Assembly (NCBI GenBank): GCA_002633005.1
Contig: NMRA01000457.1
Coordinates: forward strand, 224,145 to 288,144
DNA length: 64,000 bases
From: Phoronis australis
Lineage: Eukaryota; Animalia; Phoronida
Reading direction: 5' to 3'
The notes under the pieces were generated by a model, which saw nothing but the letters and a program-made list of their open reading frames with translations, was not told the origin of the DNA and searched no databases. Positions within the stretch are counted from its first letter, which is position 1; each line of letters starts with the position of its first letter. This document shows positions 1 through 11,600 of the stretch, in pieces. A program made the position numbers and the translations under genes.

Positions 1-41
1 AACAAGGCAGTTTAATTTACACACTTTTCCCCGGCACTCAC

Positions 42-99
42 CTTCAAGGACACTCGTCGTCAGTGCAGGGCTTGCGGTGGGAATACCTATCCATTGCAT
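42..99 (-). CDS. Probable first exon (coding or 5'UTR) of a divergent gene running off the left edge
   Basis: Consensus donor AAG|gtgagt at 42/41 (minus strand); ATG at 99 gives MQWIGIPTASPALTTSVLE in phase 1; CpG-rich context. Confidence 0.35.
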
Positions 100-3000
100 T
101 TGCCGCCACAGATCTGCGGTGTGTAAGTATCAACAACTCTTAACCAAACTTCTCACACTTATTTTTCACAACTTGAATTGTCGTGCGTAAACGACACTTT
201 CGACCTCAAAAGAATTCAATTATCTACCAGCCTGACTACAAGCAAAAGGCGTAACCAGTTTCGAAACCTCATCATAATCCTGTATCGCCAGCAAATGGCG
301 TAGATTACGTTTACTTTACCCGCGTGACAAGTACTTAGCGATCTATTACCAATTCTTGACTGGGCTGATACACGCGTAGCGACTATCAACGTTTTTAAAC
401 ATAGGAAGGTTTGATAGCTAATCTTATGCAATTAGAATAATACAAAGTAAACACGTTAACTATGTTGGTGTATATTTGTATGGTTTAAAAGGTTCGTGTT
501 GATAACATTAACTGAAATGTGTTGGTTTATTTTCTTGCACCATGGAATCGAGCAATAATGGCGATATCTTTATCTAGTAGATGACATTGAAACGATGTAA
601 ACGGCTCACGAAAATTTACGGCCATGCCTTTTGAATACGTAAACGCATGTACTTTAATCAGACGTTATACTTACAAGAGGTGATCCCCTATAATCTAAAA
701 CTGAATATAAGAGTCACGATTGTGTTTTGTAGGATTTGCAAATGGTAAAGACGCGACCCAAGTTATTACTTCAAGAGTGCAAATAAATCTGATGGGGAGC
801 GCTCCACAGACGCGAGAACCTCGCGAAAATGCAAAATAACGCAAGACTGCGAGAAAGGCCTATCACCATGAATTCAAGAGAAGCACGTGGTCTCATTAGC
901 TTCGTTCGCGAGATTTTTGCTTGCGTTGACAGAATTCGGTCGTGGGGCCGATTGCCTAAAACAATTATACGATGGATAGCAACAGTGTATTGGGGTTATC
1001 ATTATGCGTGGTGCCACCGTTGAATAATGTATTTGACGCCATCCGACACTTTTCCGCGGAAGAATTATTGTTCATATCTCCAAAAAGCAAAAATCACCTG
1101 ATACCACGTACTGAGCTGTGAGCCTCAGGTTTCAAAATGATTCGCCTGCAGACTAGAACCAATTATGTTAAATTTGGCCTTAGCGACTCGAAAGGCGAGT
1201 TTGCTTGTAAGGTGAACTAGTCACTGCCTTACTGTAAATAAAAAAAAAATGCGTAAAGAGTCCCATCCCATCTTCGCATCTCATCTCTGTTGTAGGCCTA
1301 AGTGTTTTTCAGTTCGCTTTAGTTGGTTTCACAATTCAATGTGTAATCACGTTAAGATATATTAGATTTCACTCCTTGACTCAGGGATTGGCAGATCGAT
1401 CCATGGAAACGTCGGTATATCTAATAACACTGAAACATTGTTTATTACGTTAAAAAGATGTCAAAAGCTGTTGCCATTACAGAAGATAAAAATTGAATAA
1501 ACTGTACAAAACCGTATAAAGAGACGGACGTAGATATAAAACTGATATAAAAAGTCGAGGATTTGACCTTTGTTGACAACAGAACTTGAAATGTCAGATA
1601 TTTGTGCACTGATCAGTTATTTAACTGTGAATGCTTTGGTCTATGCACCTCGGTACATACGTTTTTTCTTGGGTAGCTTAATTACCATCCTGGGTTACTT
1701 ATTTACCCGGGTTACTTCATTATTTCCCTGGGTTACTTATTTCCTGTGACACCTGCATCGGCTTTGTGCTCTCCGTTCACCTCACGTAACAACTTTTATA
1801 TTTTACTAATCTCCATCAATCGTAATGTGACCGTGACGGCGAGCTTCGATTCCCGTTGCGGTGTCATGACCAGGTCACAATTGACTGGTAGGTGGAAGGT
1901 CTTCAAAAGACACATATTCCACGCCAGGACGAACGAAAACACAAATCGTAACATATCAAATTAGACCAAACTTCTTTCCAAAAAGCACTCTTTCAACATA
2001 GCATCGAACGGATTCTCTTAAAATAAAACCAAAGCCTTTTAAAGGATTTTTTTGTTAAAAGTTATGTAGTAACTTACTGACAAGTGTGTGCATTTAAGAG
2101 CATATTTACAAAATTAATCATTTTTTAACTGTATAAAAGTATGTATTTTATGAAAGTTCAAAGCCTGTTGAATATGATTTTTGACATTTTACCAATCTTA
2201 TTTGGGTCACGTGACCGTGTCTCTGTGGTAAAATTTAGGAAAAGAGAAAGGTTTATTGATGTCAAAAGAACAGTAACAATGATTTGACCAAATACTTGAT
2301 GTAAATGTTCAATATGAACCCACCAAACGCTGTTACATTTTTCTGAATTATCTGTCCGTTTCAGCTTTATGCAACTTTGAAAACTTTAAAGCTCTTTCCT
2401 AAAAATCAAATTCATATTTTTGTTAGCCCTTGATGCAAAAGCCGAACATTTCAAAAACAATTTCTAACGGCGTCTGTGGGAATAGTGCATTAGCGTTGCA
2501 TCAGACAGTTTCACATGAATACCGACGATCAGCCGTTTCTGAGAAATGATGTTCCGAAGTTATCCAAATTTTGACATTTTAAGGTCGTTCCTGGTGCACT
2601 ACCTTTGTAAATCGGCTACCAGATCATAGGGATTGAATACAAAAATCACTCGGAAATTATCAAACCGGTTTTGAATTCGGTTTCAGCTCTTCGCCCGTTC
2701 ATGAGAAACTCATTTGTTTGTCTACTAAGAAAACAAAGATATCTGTTACGAAAATTTGATACGTAAGCGAAATTTAAGGAGGCGTTAATTGGCGTTGAAA
2801 AACTGTGTGTGTACAAACACAGCGCGGGTTGTTTATTCTGCAAGGTAACTTGATATTTAGATTTTCAGTATACTTGTACTGGTATGTATAGTTTCTTTGA
2901 TTTGGTTTAAATGATCAAAATCCAAGCAGCTGCAAAAGCAGTTTAACTCGAACATTAACTTAGATTCTGGCAGATGAGACAAATGTTGGCTTGTATTGAA

Positions 3001-3128
3001 CTAGGTTGTATTCTTGGGTTCTCGACATCTAGGATTCTCAATAAGTTCTCTATGTCAGGACTACTTTCAGGCACAGCTTATTTTTAGTCAACTGCGTCTA
3101 TGACTTGCATCAGTCAACAGTGTATTTG

Positions 3129-3347
3129 TTCCGCGCGACACCTAGTGGAGAGTAAATTATCTTTGACCAGCAAAAGAGTACAAAAGATGTCGCTTTTACC
3201 GGAAATAGCATGATGACCAATCAGAAAACAGGTAACACTTTTCAAATACAAGGAACTTTAATTTTCATGGTAATGTAAAATATCGTACGCAGTATTTGCT
3301 CTGATGGTTCTTCCGTTAATTTTATCACCGATTATCTCATCGATTTG
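3129..3347 (+). promoter_or_regulatory. KIF18A-like promoter and non-coding first exon
   Basis: E2F/CDE-like ttccgcgc at 3129, ETS ccggaa at 3199, CCAAT at 3217-3221, inverted CHR TTCAAA at 3241-3246; donor ttg|gtaagt at 3347/3348 can pair with the acceptor at 5294. Confidence 0.6.
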
Positions 3348-3552
3348 GTAAGTATTGTGTTGTCCATGAATTGATTTTCTGTAACTGCACATGTGTACGA
3401 AGACAATGTCAATCAAAATCAAATGCACTCACAACTGAACTTGGAAGGCTATTTGGAGTATTTGGGGAAATGTTGTCTTGATTGCGAATGATTGATGGAG
3501 TTAGTGGAGTACCGAGTGGAATTCAGTAACGCGAGGACCAATGATAATATAA

Positions 3553-4371
3553 GGCACTAGTCGGATATAATGGACCCTGATTGAGAACCAATTTTATCCA
3601 CTAAATAGGTGCCCCTTTACATTCTTCAAACGTCTCAAGCGAAAGCCTTCCCAGTGCCCAGTCGGCCCTTACCCTTGGCCTTGCAATTTTGCGTCACAAC
3701 GGCCTGGTGTCCCACCCTAGCTGCCATCTGGTGATAAAGCAAAAATTCTCAATAATCAATGTTGCTCAGTCTTTACGGGTGAAGACAGCTCTATAAGTAA
3801 AAAACCTTCATGAAAATCCTCATGAAACCATCCCAGACCCTATCATTGATATCAGACCCTTGAATTCGGCCACTACTCCAAACTTTCTACATTCTATGAA
3901 ATTGTCCATCAGTCCATCAACATTCCCATTAGCTATTTATATCCCTCCAGTGTAACCCCTACATGTAGATGCCACAGTATGTACTTCATGACATCTCAGT
4001 GTCGCACAGCACACCAACAAAATTTCTTCTTCCCCTCTACAACAGTCTCCTGGAACAACTTACTTGGCTACGCCATTGGTGCTGCCTCTCTGGATCACTT
4101 TCAGAGAGCCCTCCTCTCATATTGCACTGCACCCTCACATCACAGTCTTGTACGTACATATCTCACCATTGCACTTTGTGCACATTGCAGTCTGCACCCT
4201 CACACTACACTCTTGTACATTCAATATCTCATTTTTATTTTTGTAATACCCGCTACTTCAGAATCATCGACTTCGAGTGTGAAGTGTTTCAAGAGAGATA
4301 GAGATAGAACGGCCGTTATTCAGTGATTGCCTGGTTCTCTAAATCAGGGTCCGTTATATCTGACTAGTGCC
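3553..4371. mobile_element. Non-autonomous TIR element in the 5'UTR intron of the KIF18A-like gene
   Basis: About 30-bp TIRs GGCACTAGTCGGATATAATGGACCCTGATT / AATCAGGGTCCGTTATATCTGACTAGTGCC; TSD unclear; related remnant at about 44177-44785. Confidence 0.75.
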
Positions 4372-4408
4372 AATTATAATTGCAGACTTGATTCATGGGT
4401 CTAGCATT

Positions 4409-4481
4409 GTGCCCCAGTGGGACTTGAACTCATGACCTTGAGTAAGAGAAGCAGAGACTTATCCCACAAGGCCACACTGCC
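4409..4481 (-). mobile_element. tRNA-derived SINE head or tRNA pseudogene
   Basis: Minus-strand A box TGGCCTTGTGG and B box GAGTTCAAGTCC at tRNA spacing; stems do not pair. Confidence 0.55.
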
Positions 4482-5316
4482 TCCGCTTAGGACCTACACT
4501 AGGACCTCGCTAAGATTAAAAAGCAAGAGTTTGCCATGTATTTTAAATGAAAACACGTGGTTTTGGTTAGTTTTTTGTGTGAGGTAGAAGGGCTTAAAGA
4601 TTCCAAGTGCCTCCTTGATTTTGACAGAAATTTCAAAGAAAATATATGAACAATAAGATAATTTAGACGGCTAAAGTGCAGGATTACTGAGTGACAGTTG
4701 CCGTTTGACGTTAGCATCAGCAGAATATGGCAATCTCTAATTATGAGAATCTGAGCAACCATTGAATAGAGTATTCTCCATGACCAGTTTTAACCTGTCG
4801 CTTCGACAGGTGTGCCGATGTTCCCATCAGGTAAATGGTAACCAGCACTGCAGCATTCGGGCTTTGTGTTTGCCCATAACAAAGAATGACCGGCAGTTGA
4901 GTTCACTTACATCTTTTCAAGAGGTTTGGAGTTTCAATTGTGAAGTTCACTAAATATTTTTAGTAAGGGGTCCATTCTTATTCAGTTGTTGAATAATCCA
5001 CTCGTCCACAATGCTGGGACTTGAACTCAGGCTGTTGCCATGTGAGTCCAAGAAGCACAATCCATACCTGTTTCCGTCATTTTCCATTTACGACTTTATT
5101 GTCAGTCAGTGGATAATTGCTCCTTAAACTGCCAGCTATGCTAAGGTTGACATATAACCAATACTCAGTCTGCTGGTCTATCCCCTCATGGTCTGATGAA
5201 TGTAATTTGCGACCTTGGTAATAATATATCATTTTGTTGTGCTGTTCTTGCTAAACAGTTTACAAACTACTTTATTTCTGGTGTCATTTTACAGACTTAC
5301 ACTCATACAATGAACA

Positions 5317-5653
5317 ATGGTTCACATAGCCCAAGAATCTAACACCATCTCTAGTAATGTAAAGGTGGTTGTCCGCGTTCGACCGGAAAACCAGAGGGAG
5401 CAGAACTGTGCTGGATCGTGCATTGTTCGAGTACTGGATGAAAACGTGTTGGTCTTTGATCCAAAGGAGGAAGCATCACCAGACTTTTATCATGGGAAGA
5501 GACGTAAAGGTAGAGACTTCACAAGGCGGAAGAACCGGGACTTAAAGTTTGCCTTTGATCGTGTTTTTGACCAGCACGAAACAAACGAAGATGTATTTAA
5601 CAACACAACTAAGTCGATTATTGAGAGTGTTCTCAATGGATACAACTGTTCAG
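5317..5653 (+). CDS. KIF18A: KIF18A-like coding exon 1
   Basis: Acceptor ttttacag ends at 5294; MVHIAQ...VKVVVRVRP...FAFDRVF...NGYNCS; donor G|gtagag. Confidence 0.93.
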
Positions 5654-8600
5654 GTAGAGTTTCAGTAGATATCTACGATTACCAACTGTTTACATTGAAA
5701 TGATGTTCCCATAAATTTAAAAAGATTCAAATAAAAATAAAAGGGCATTTTTCTATTATTATATTGAGACATTCGTGAGTTAAAATGTCTACTCTTCATG
5801 TGTTGTTACTCACCCATGTCAACCCCCTCTCCACAACGTACATTTCGAATGCTTTTGAAATTGCTGATGATTATGGATGCTTCCTTAAAAAAGGAAGAAA
5901 TTTCAAACTTGAGTTCCAGCTCACTGGTTAAATTTTGGGGAATGATCCGTGTAAAATTAAAAACATCGCTAAAATTGTTTTTAGTAAACTAGTGAAGAAA
6001 TTGACATGTCAATCGCTTTAAACTTCAGCCCTTGCTATATTTTCACTTTATCCTCTCATGCTAACTGTTGTTTGAGGTATCTAACACAGGGCTTGGAATT
6101 TTCCGCGGAAACGCGGATTTCCGCTTTTTTCAAATGTGCTGTCCGCTTTTTTATAGTATATCCGCGTAAAAAAAAATCGGATTTGATATAAAATTTCCGC
6201 GGCAAATTCCTTTCTTATCGCGGCATTGCAGACGACGTTCACCTCGGAAAGCGGAAGTTGCTCTTTATGTTTCGGAGGAACGTAAATTGTCAACATTGCC
6301 GGGGCACCTGGGACAGTGTGATGGGATTTTCAATGGCGTCTCGTGTTATTGTTAAGCGCGGCGACAAATACTACCGCTCTGCAGCCAAAAATGTGCGGGG
6401 TTGGGAGTGGACGGGTGAGCTAAAAGGACGCAGACACATGCTAGTGATGGTGGTAACGTTTTTTTTTTTTTTTTTAGTCCCGATTTTTGTCGAGGAAAGG
6501 TTCACATTGACCATTTCAAGGCTGGTTAGCGGGCATGATTTGGGCCGTAAAAGTTTCCGCGTTTTTTGTCATTGGTCATTCCAAGCCCTGCTAACAATTG
6601 AAGTGTAAAGCATGTATTGAGGAAGTTGTATTTCTCAAATGTTATTGTCAGTGTTTGCTTACGGTGCTACGGGAGCTGGCAAGACTCACACAATGCTGGG
6701 TAACCCCAACCATCCTGGCGTGATCTTCCTCACCATGATGAGACTGTATGAGGTCATCGAACAGATCAGGGACGAGAAAACATGCGATGTGGCAGTCAGT
6801 TACTTGGAGGTAATTCGAAACGCAAGTGCCTTTTGACACTTGTTTTCAGTCTACAGCCATGTTATATTGAGGCGTTACTTGTGGTATGAGATTCGAGAAG
6901 CTGATAGGTAGAGTTGTTGGATAAAGTCAACTTCTTGACTAATAACAAACTGCCAGTTATTTCTAAGCCCTCAAAACCTAACTTCAACAGAATTTTGTTA
7001 TCTTAGGGGTCTTGGGCTAACCAGGTAGTCGTAGCAAAGCCTTAGCAAAATACGAAAACGTGAATTCAATCACGCAAATGTAGGCCCGGCAATTGATAGG
7101 TGAAGCTGCCTTTTTGGGCCATATTGCGTCAATGCGAGATCCTAGGTAAAACAACCAAACACTGATAACAGTTGTATTGAATAGGGGCCTGAATAGGACA
7201 CAACTGCGGGCGGGTGTTATTCACAGCTGTTTGAATTAAAAGATGATTCTTCCGGTGACGTAGGCAAAAGCAAATCAATACACCTAACTGTATATTTGAC
7301 AATTTATGGTACCAGTAGGCTCACAGCAATGCCATTAACATACTGTAGGAATCAAATTTACTGGAGTTACCGTTTAAGAAAGGCTTTAAAGGTGCGTAGT
7401 CTTATTAAATTGTGAATATGCAAATGAAGTACTAATTTACAAACAACCTGTGTCCTCTAGTGTGCCAGAAAACATCCGGGAACCAGTTACCATTACAATC
7501 TCGTGAAAGTCTGGTTTTGCGAGACTAGTTTTGTGTCATTTGGTATGGTAATATTTCATCGTTACCCTAACGAAACAAGGTACAGTTTTTATTACTTGAA
7601 TGTTTATTTCACTATCAAATAAGGATTGAGTAATATTTAGCATTACTAGGGTTTCCATGTTCACACTCAGTTTTAAGCCTATTAGTTGTATTGTTTTGTT
7701 TAAAACCGCATTTTTTTACAAATTTTTTTCTTTTCCTGATTATACTTGTACACACAGTTCTCCAGGAAGTCGCTTGGTACAAACTTGAATATTCACGGTT
7801 TTAATGAGACGCAGCATCTTTAAATCTTTAAGTCACCTCTAATTTGAGTACTGAGCAACCCGAGTCCAGTTTTGTAGTAGTAAGGAATACACTGTACTTC
7901 CTGTGTGAGTCAAAACTTGTCTTCATTTTAGGTGTACAATGAGAAGATAAAGGACTTACTTCAACCTTCAACAGGGTTCTTACCTGTGCGCGAAGACCCT
8001 CAGAAAGGGGTGGTTGTGGCAGGACTGTCCCTACACAAGGTAACGTGATTTAACTGAGACACAATATGTAGGTCTCAGGTCTTGGAATTTTCCGCGGAAA
8101 CGCGGATTTCCGCTTTTTTCAAATGTTCTGTCCGTGCATTTTATTATATTTCCGCGTAAAAAAATCGGATTTGATATAAAATTTCCGCGGCAAATTCCTT
8201 TCTTACCGCGGCGTTGCAGACGACGTTCACCTCGAAAAAGCGAAAGTTGCTCTTTATGTTTCGGAGGAACGTAAATTGTCGGGGCATCTGGGATAGCGTG
8301 GTGGGATTTTCAATGGCGACTCGTGTTATTGTAAACCGCGGCGACAAATACTACGGCTCTGCAGCCAAAAATGTATGGGTTGGCAGCGGACGGACGAGCT
8401 AGAAGGACGCAGACGCATGCTACTGATGGTGGTAACCTTTTTTTTATTTTTAGTCCTTCCGATTGTTGTCGGGGCAAGGTTCGCATCGACCATTTCAAGG
8501 CTGGGTAGCGCGCATGTTTTGGGCTGTAAAAGTTTCCGCGTATTTTGTCATTGGTCATTCCAAGCCCTGAGGTCTATCGTAGCTAGTTGCGCCAAAATTT

Positions 8601-11600
8601 TAAAACTAAAACTGAATTTACATTTAGCCTGAAAATGTAGCTGAAGAAACGATATCAATTTAGAACAGCAAGGTTCAACATAATGACGACTGTGTCAAAA
8701 TTTTTAATATGAATTTTGCAATTTCGACCTGGAAAATCAGGCCTCTCGCTCAATATAATTCAACCTGAAAACCGCACTCACTATCAAAGATTTTTTGACT
8801 TGGTAAATGGGATTGCGGACAGCTTACCGTACTGACATGGTGCAGCTTTTTGAATTTTTTATATTTTTTGAGGAGGTTTTGAAAAAATTCAGAACATAAA
8901 CTGGTAAATAGCACAATTTACCTAATATTTCCAGTGGTTTCATGAGAGCAAACAACTTTTCTCAGACACAACTTGTGCAGGTGTGGGCAAAAAGTAGCAG
9001 AATCTCGCTGTTCTATCGAGTGTGCATTTATCACTGTGGCAACATGATGGTGAAAGAATTATACCAACATTCTAATGCACGATTGTATAATCATTTAGAA
9101 TGAAAGTGAAGTTAAATTAATATCGCTTCATGCCGGGTTTTATGTTGTTCAATTAAGAATTTTAAGAAAAACATTGGAATATTGGGATATTATGTCACAT
9201 GAATTCTTGAGTAAATCTTGGGTAGAAATTAGCAAAGTTGGTTAAAAAATCGTGCCTAAAATAGGGCAGCTTAATTATAGTCAGTTGTTTACTGTAAGGT
9301 TAATTGGTGAATATGCTGTAATCGTGCTTTCATTGTGCAAAATACATCAACATTTTTGGCTCACTGCTGTAAATCAAACCCAAAAACAAATTAAACAAGG
9401 ATTGATTGTGTGATCCTCTTCTCTAAAAGGCACCTTTTAATTGTCCATAAGTACTTCAAGTTTTGACCTGGAATTTTTCGCAGTTCGAAATTGTCAACCT
9501 GTGAATTTTCCCTGTGTTGATGCCTGCCAACTAAATGGATTACAATTTGGTAGAAAGTGCATGTGAACATCAATTTTCTGAAGGTGCCATGGCATCTGTT
9601 TCAATGGTGCTGTTGTCTTTGCTCAATTAAGTGCATGTGCACATATTTTACAGTGAACGTTAGACCCCAGGCAGTTATACAAGACCTGGCGGTTTTATGA
9701 GACCAGCGCTTATTCTGGAAGTGACTAAAAGACAATTATATGAACTTAAATATTGTTGTCCTTAACATGTAACCAAAAAGCCTCACCTTGGACATAGTAC
9801 AATGACCTCACCTTTTTTTGGAACTAGTTTTTTGACAAACACAGAAACAAAACAGGACTCTCCACTGATTACCTGTGTGTCCAAACTCACACTTTCATCT
9901 TAATGTAAATATGCATTTTTATTTTATGGTTATGTAGGACCCTAAACAAATTTTCTATTTTGGCCACCTTCAGAATATCATATCTCAGAAATGGCTATAG
10001 TAATTGGACCCATATGAAACTTTCATACTGTTTTACACACTGTTCTCCAAAATGCTGTCAAGTAATGTTTTTAGAATGTTCCACTTTTGCATGAGGGGCT
10101 ATTAAAAATAGGACTTACGTATGATTTTGATGAAACAAATTTAAAGGTGCATGAAACAAAATTGAAACAATAATTTAGAAAACTGGTTGTTTTTTTGACA
10201 TTTTATTTTGAACATTTACAACATACAAATTTGGGTCATGTAATTGATCTTGTTGTTTTACAGTGAATCTACCTTTCTTCTTTTTTGCTAAATTTTCCTA
10301 AGCAAAGCATAGTCATTTGACCTAATTAGTAAAAAATTGCATTTTACAGAATTTCTATGTTCAGAAAAAATCTACTTTTGCTGAGTTGAATTCTATAGTA
10401 TTGTAGACATATGGCTAAGTGCCCAGACTAGCCAATAAGGTCGTACATAGCCTTAAGATTGTGAAATTGATGACATGAAGATAGGTGTGTCTTGAAGTAA
10501 GTCTAAGATTTTGAACACGTAGTACTCCACATTGCATGTTGCTTAACACGTCTGCTGTCAATCACAAGGTTCAGTTAAGTTACAAAGCAGACACCACTGT
10601 GTTCTGCGTTGTCCTATGGTTTTTGCAAATAATTAGATCTTACTTAAGTAATAAATTTCAGAAAAATGGCAAGATTCAGACAGAGCACTGTTACAGCCAC
10701 GGTTTATTCAATTGTTGAGCGTGGTGGCTCAAAATTTGATGTTGATGATCATTGTTGTCCATTGTAGCCGAAGAGTGCAGAGGAGTTGATGCACATGCTG
10801 GCCTTTGGTAACTGTAACCGCACCCAACATCCAACGGACGCCAATGCAGAGTCCTCAAGATCGCATGCAGTGTTCCAGGTACTGTTGTCTTTGGTGCTCA
10901 ACCTCAGATTTCTCAATGGTTTTACTTGCTGTCTTTTGACACTGCCAAAACACTACTATCTGTTCTATACGAGTTCTCAATTTCATGTGAGTCTAATGGA
11001 TTTTAAGCCTACTGTGGAGTCTTTGTGCTCCACGATACCAGTTAGGCTCACTCAGCCTTTGTGAGACTCTAGTATTCTTTGTTTCAATTTTTGAAATTTC
11101 TGTACTGTAGTATATCATAAGTCAAGGTTGAGTTGTACTTGCTATGGTAAAGTCTTAAGAGATAATCTTCAATTTCTTGGTTGCTCAGGTGTTTGTTCGA
11201 CAAAAAGATCGCACAGCCAACATCTCAACCAATGTCCGAGTGGGCAAGATGTCGCTGATTGACCTCGCTGGGTCAGAGCGTGCAACGGTGACGACCAATA
11301 GGGGAGCGCGGTTTAGAGAGGGCGCTAACATCAACAGGTCACTGCTGGCACTCGGCAACTGCATCAATGCGCTGGCTGATGATAAGGTAGAAGCTAAAAT
11401 TACTAGCGAAACGATTGTGTTTGATACGAGTTCCATATTGACATGTCTGAGCCTGCTTCATGTCCACATATACCCCCGTTTTGGTAGATGTGACTTCATA
11501 TCAGGCTGATGATAAAAGATCGCCAGTCTGATCATCGTTCATGGAAAACATCTTTTGATCCTTTATTGTTCCTCAGTTGTAAGAAGAAATGTTAATTAGC

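Noticed and set aside
1372-1420. Penelope-type hammerhead ribozyme remnant (cttga...gaaacgtcgg)
   Set aside because: No intact CUGANGA core or supporting stems; other ctgatga hits (e.g. minus strand near 48125, plus strand near 61990) also lack a proper stem II and GAAA
3969-4326. Three overlapping ORFs in all + frames
   Set aside because: They lie inside the 3553-4371 TIR element in CA/CT-rich sequence; no recognisable protein
4409-4481. Functional tRNA gene
   Set aside because: A and B boxes are present but the acceptor and T stems do not pair; called a SINE head or pseudogene
6258-6608. 116-aa ORF with paralogous ORFs at 8214-8632
   Set aside because: Internal to the MITE; the frame is not preserved between the two copies
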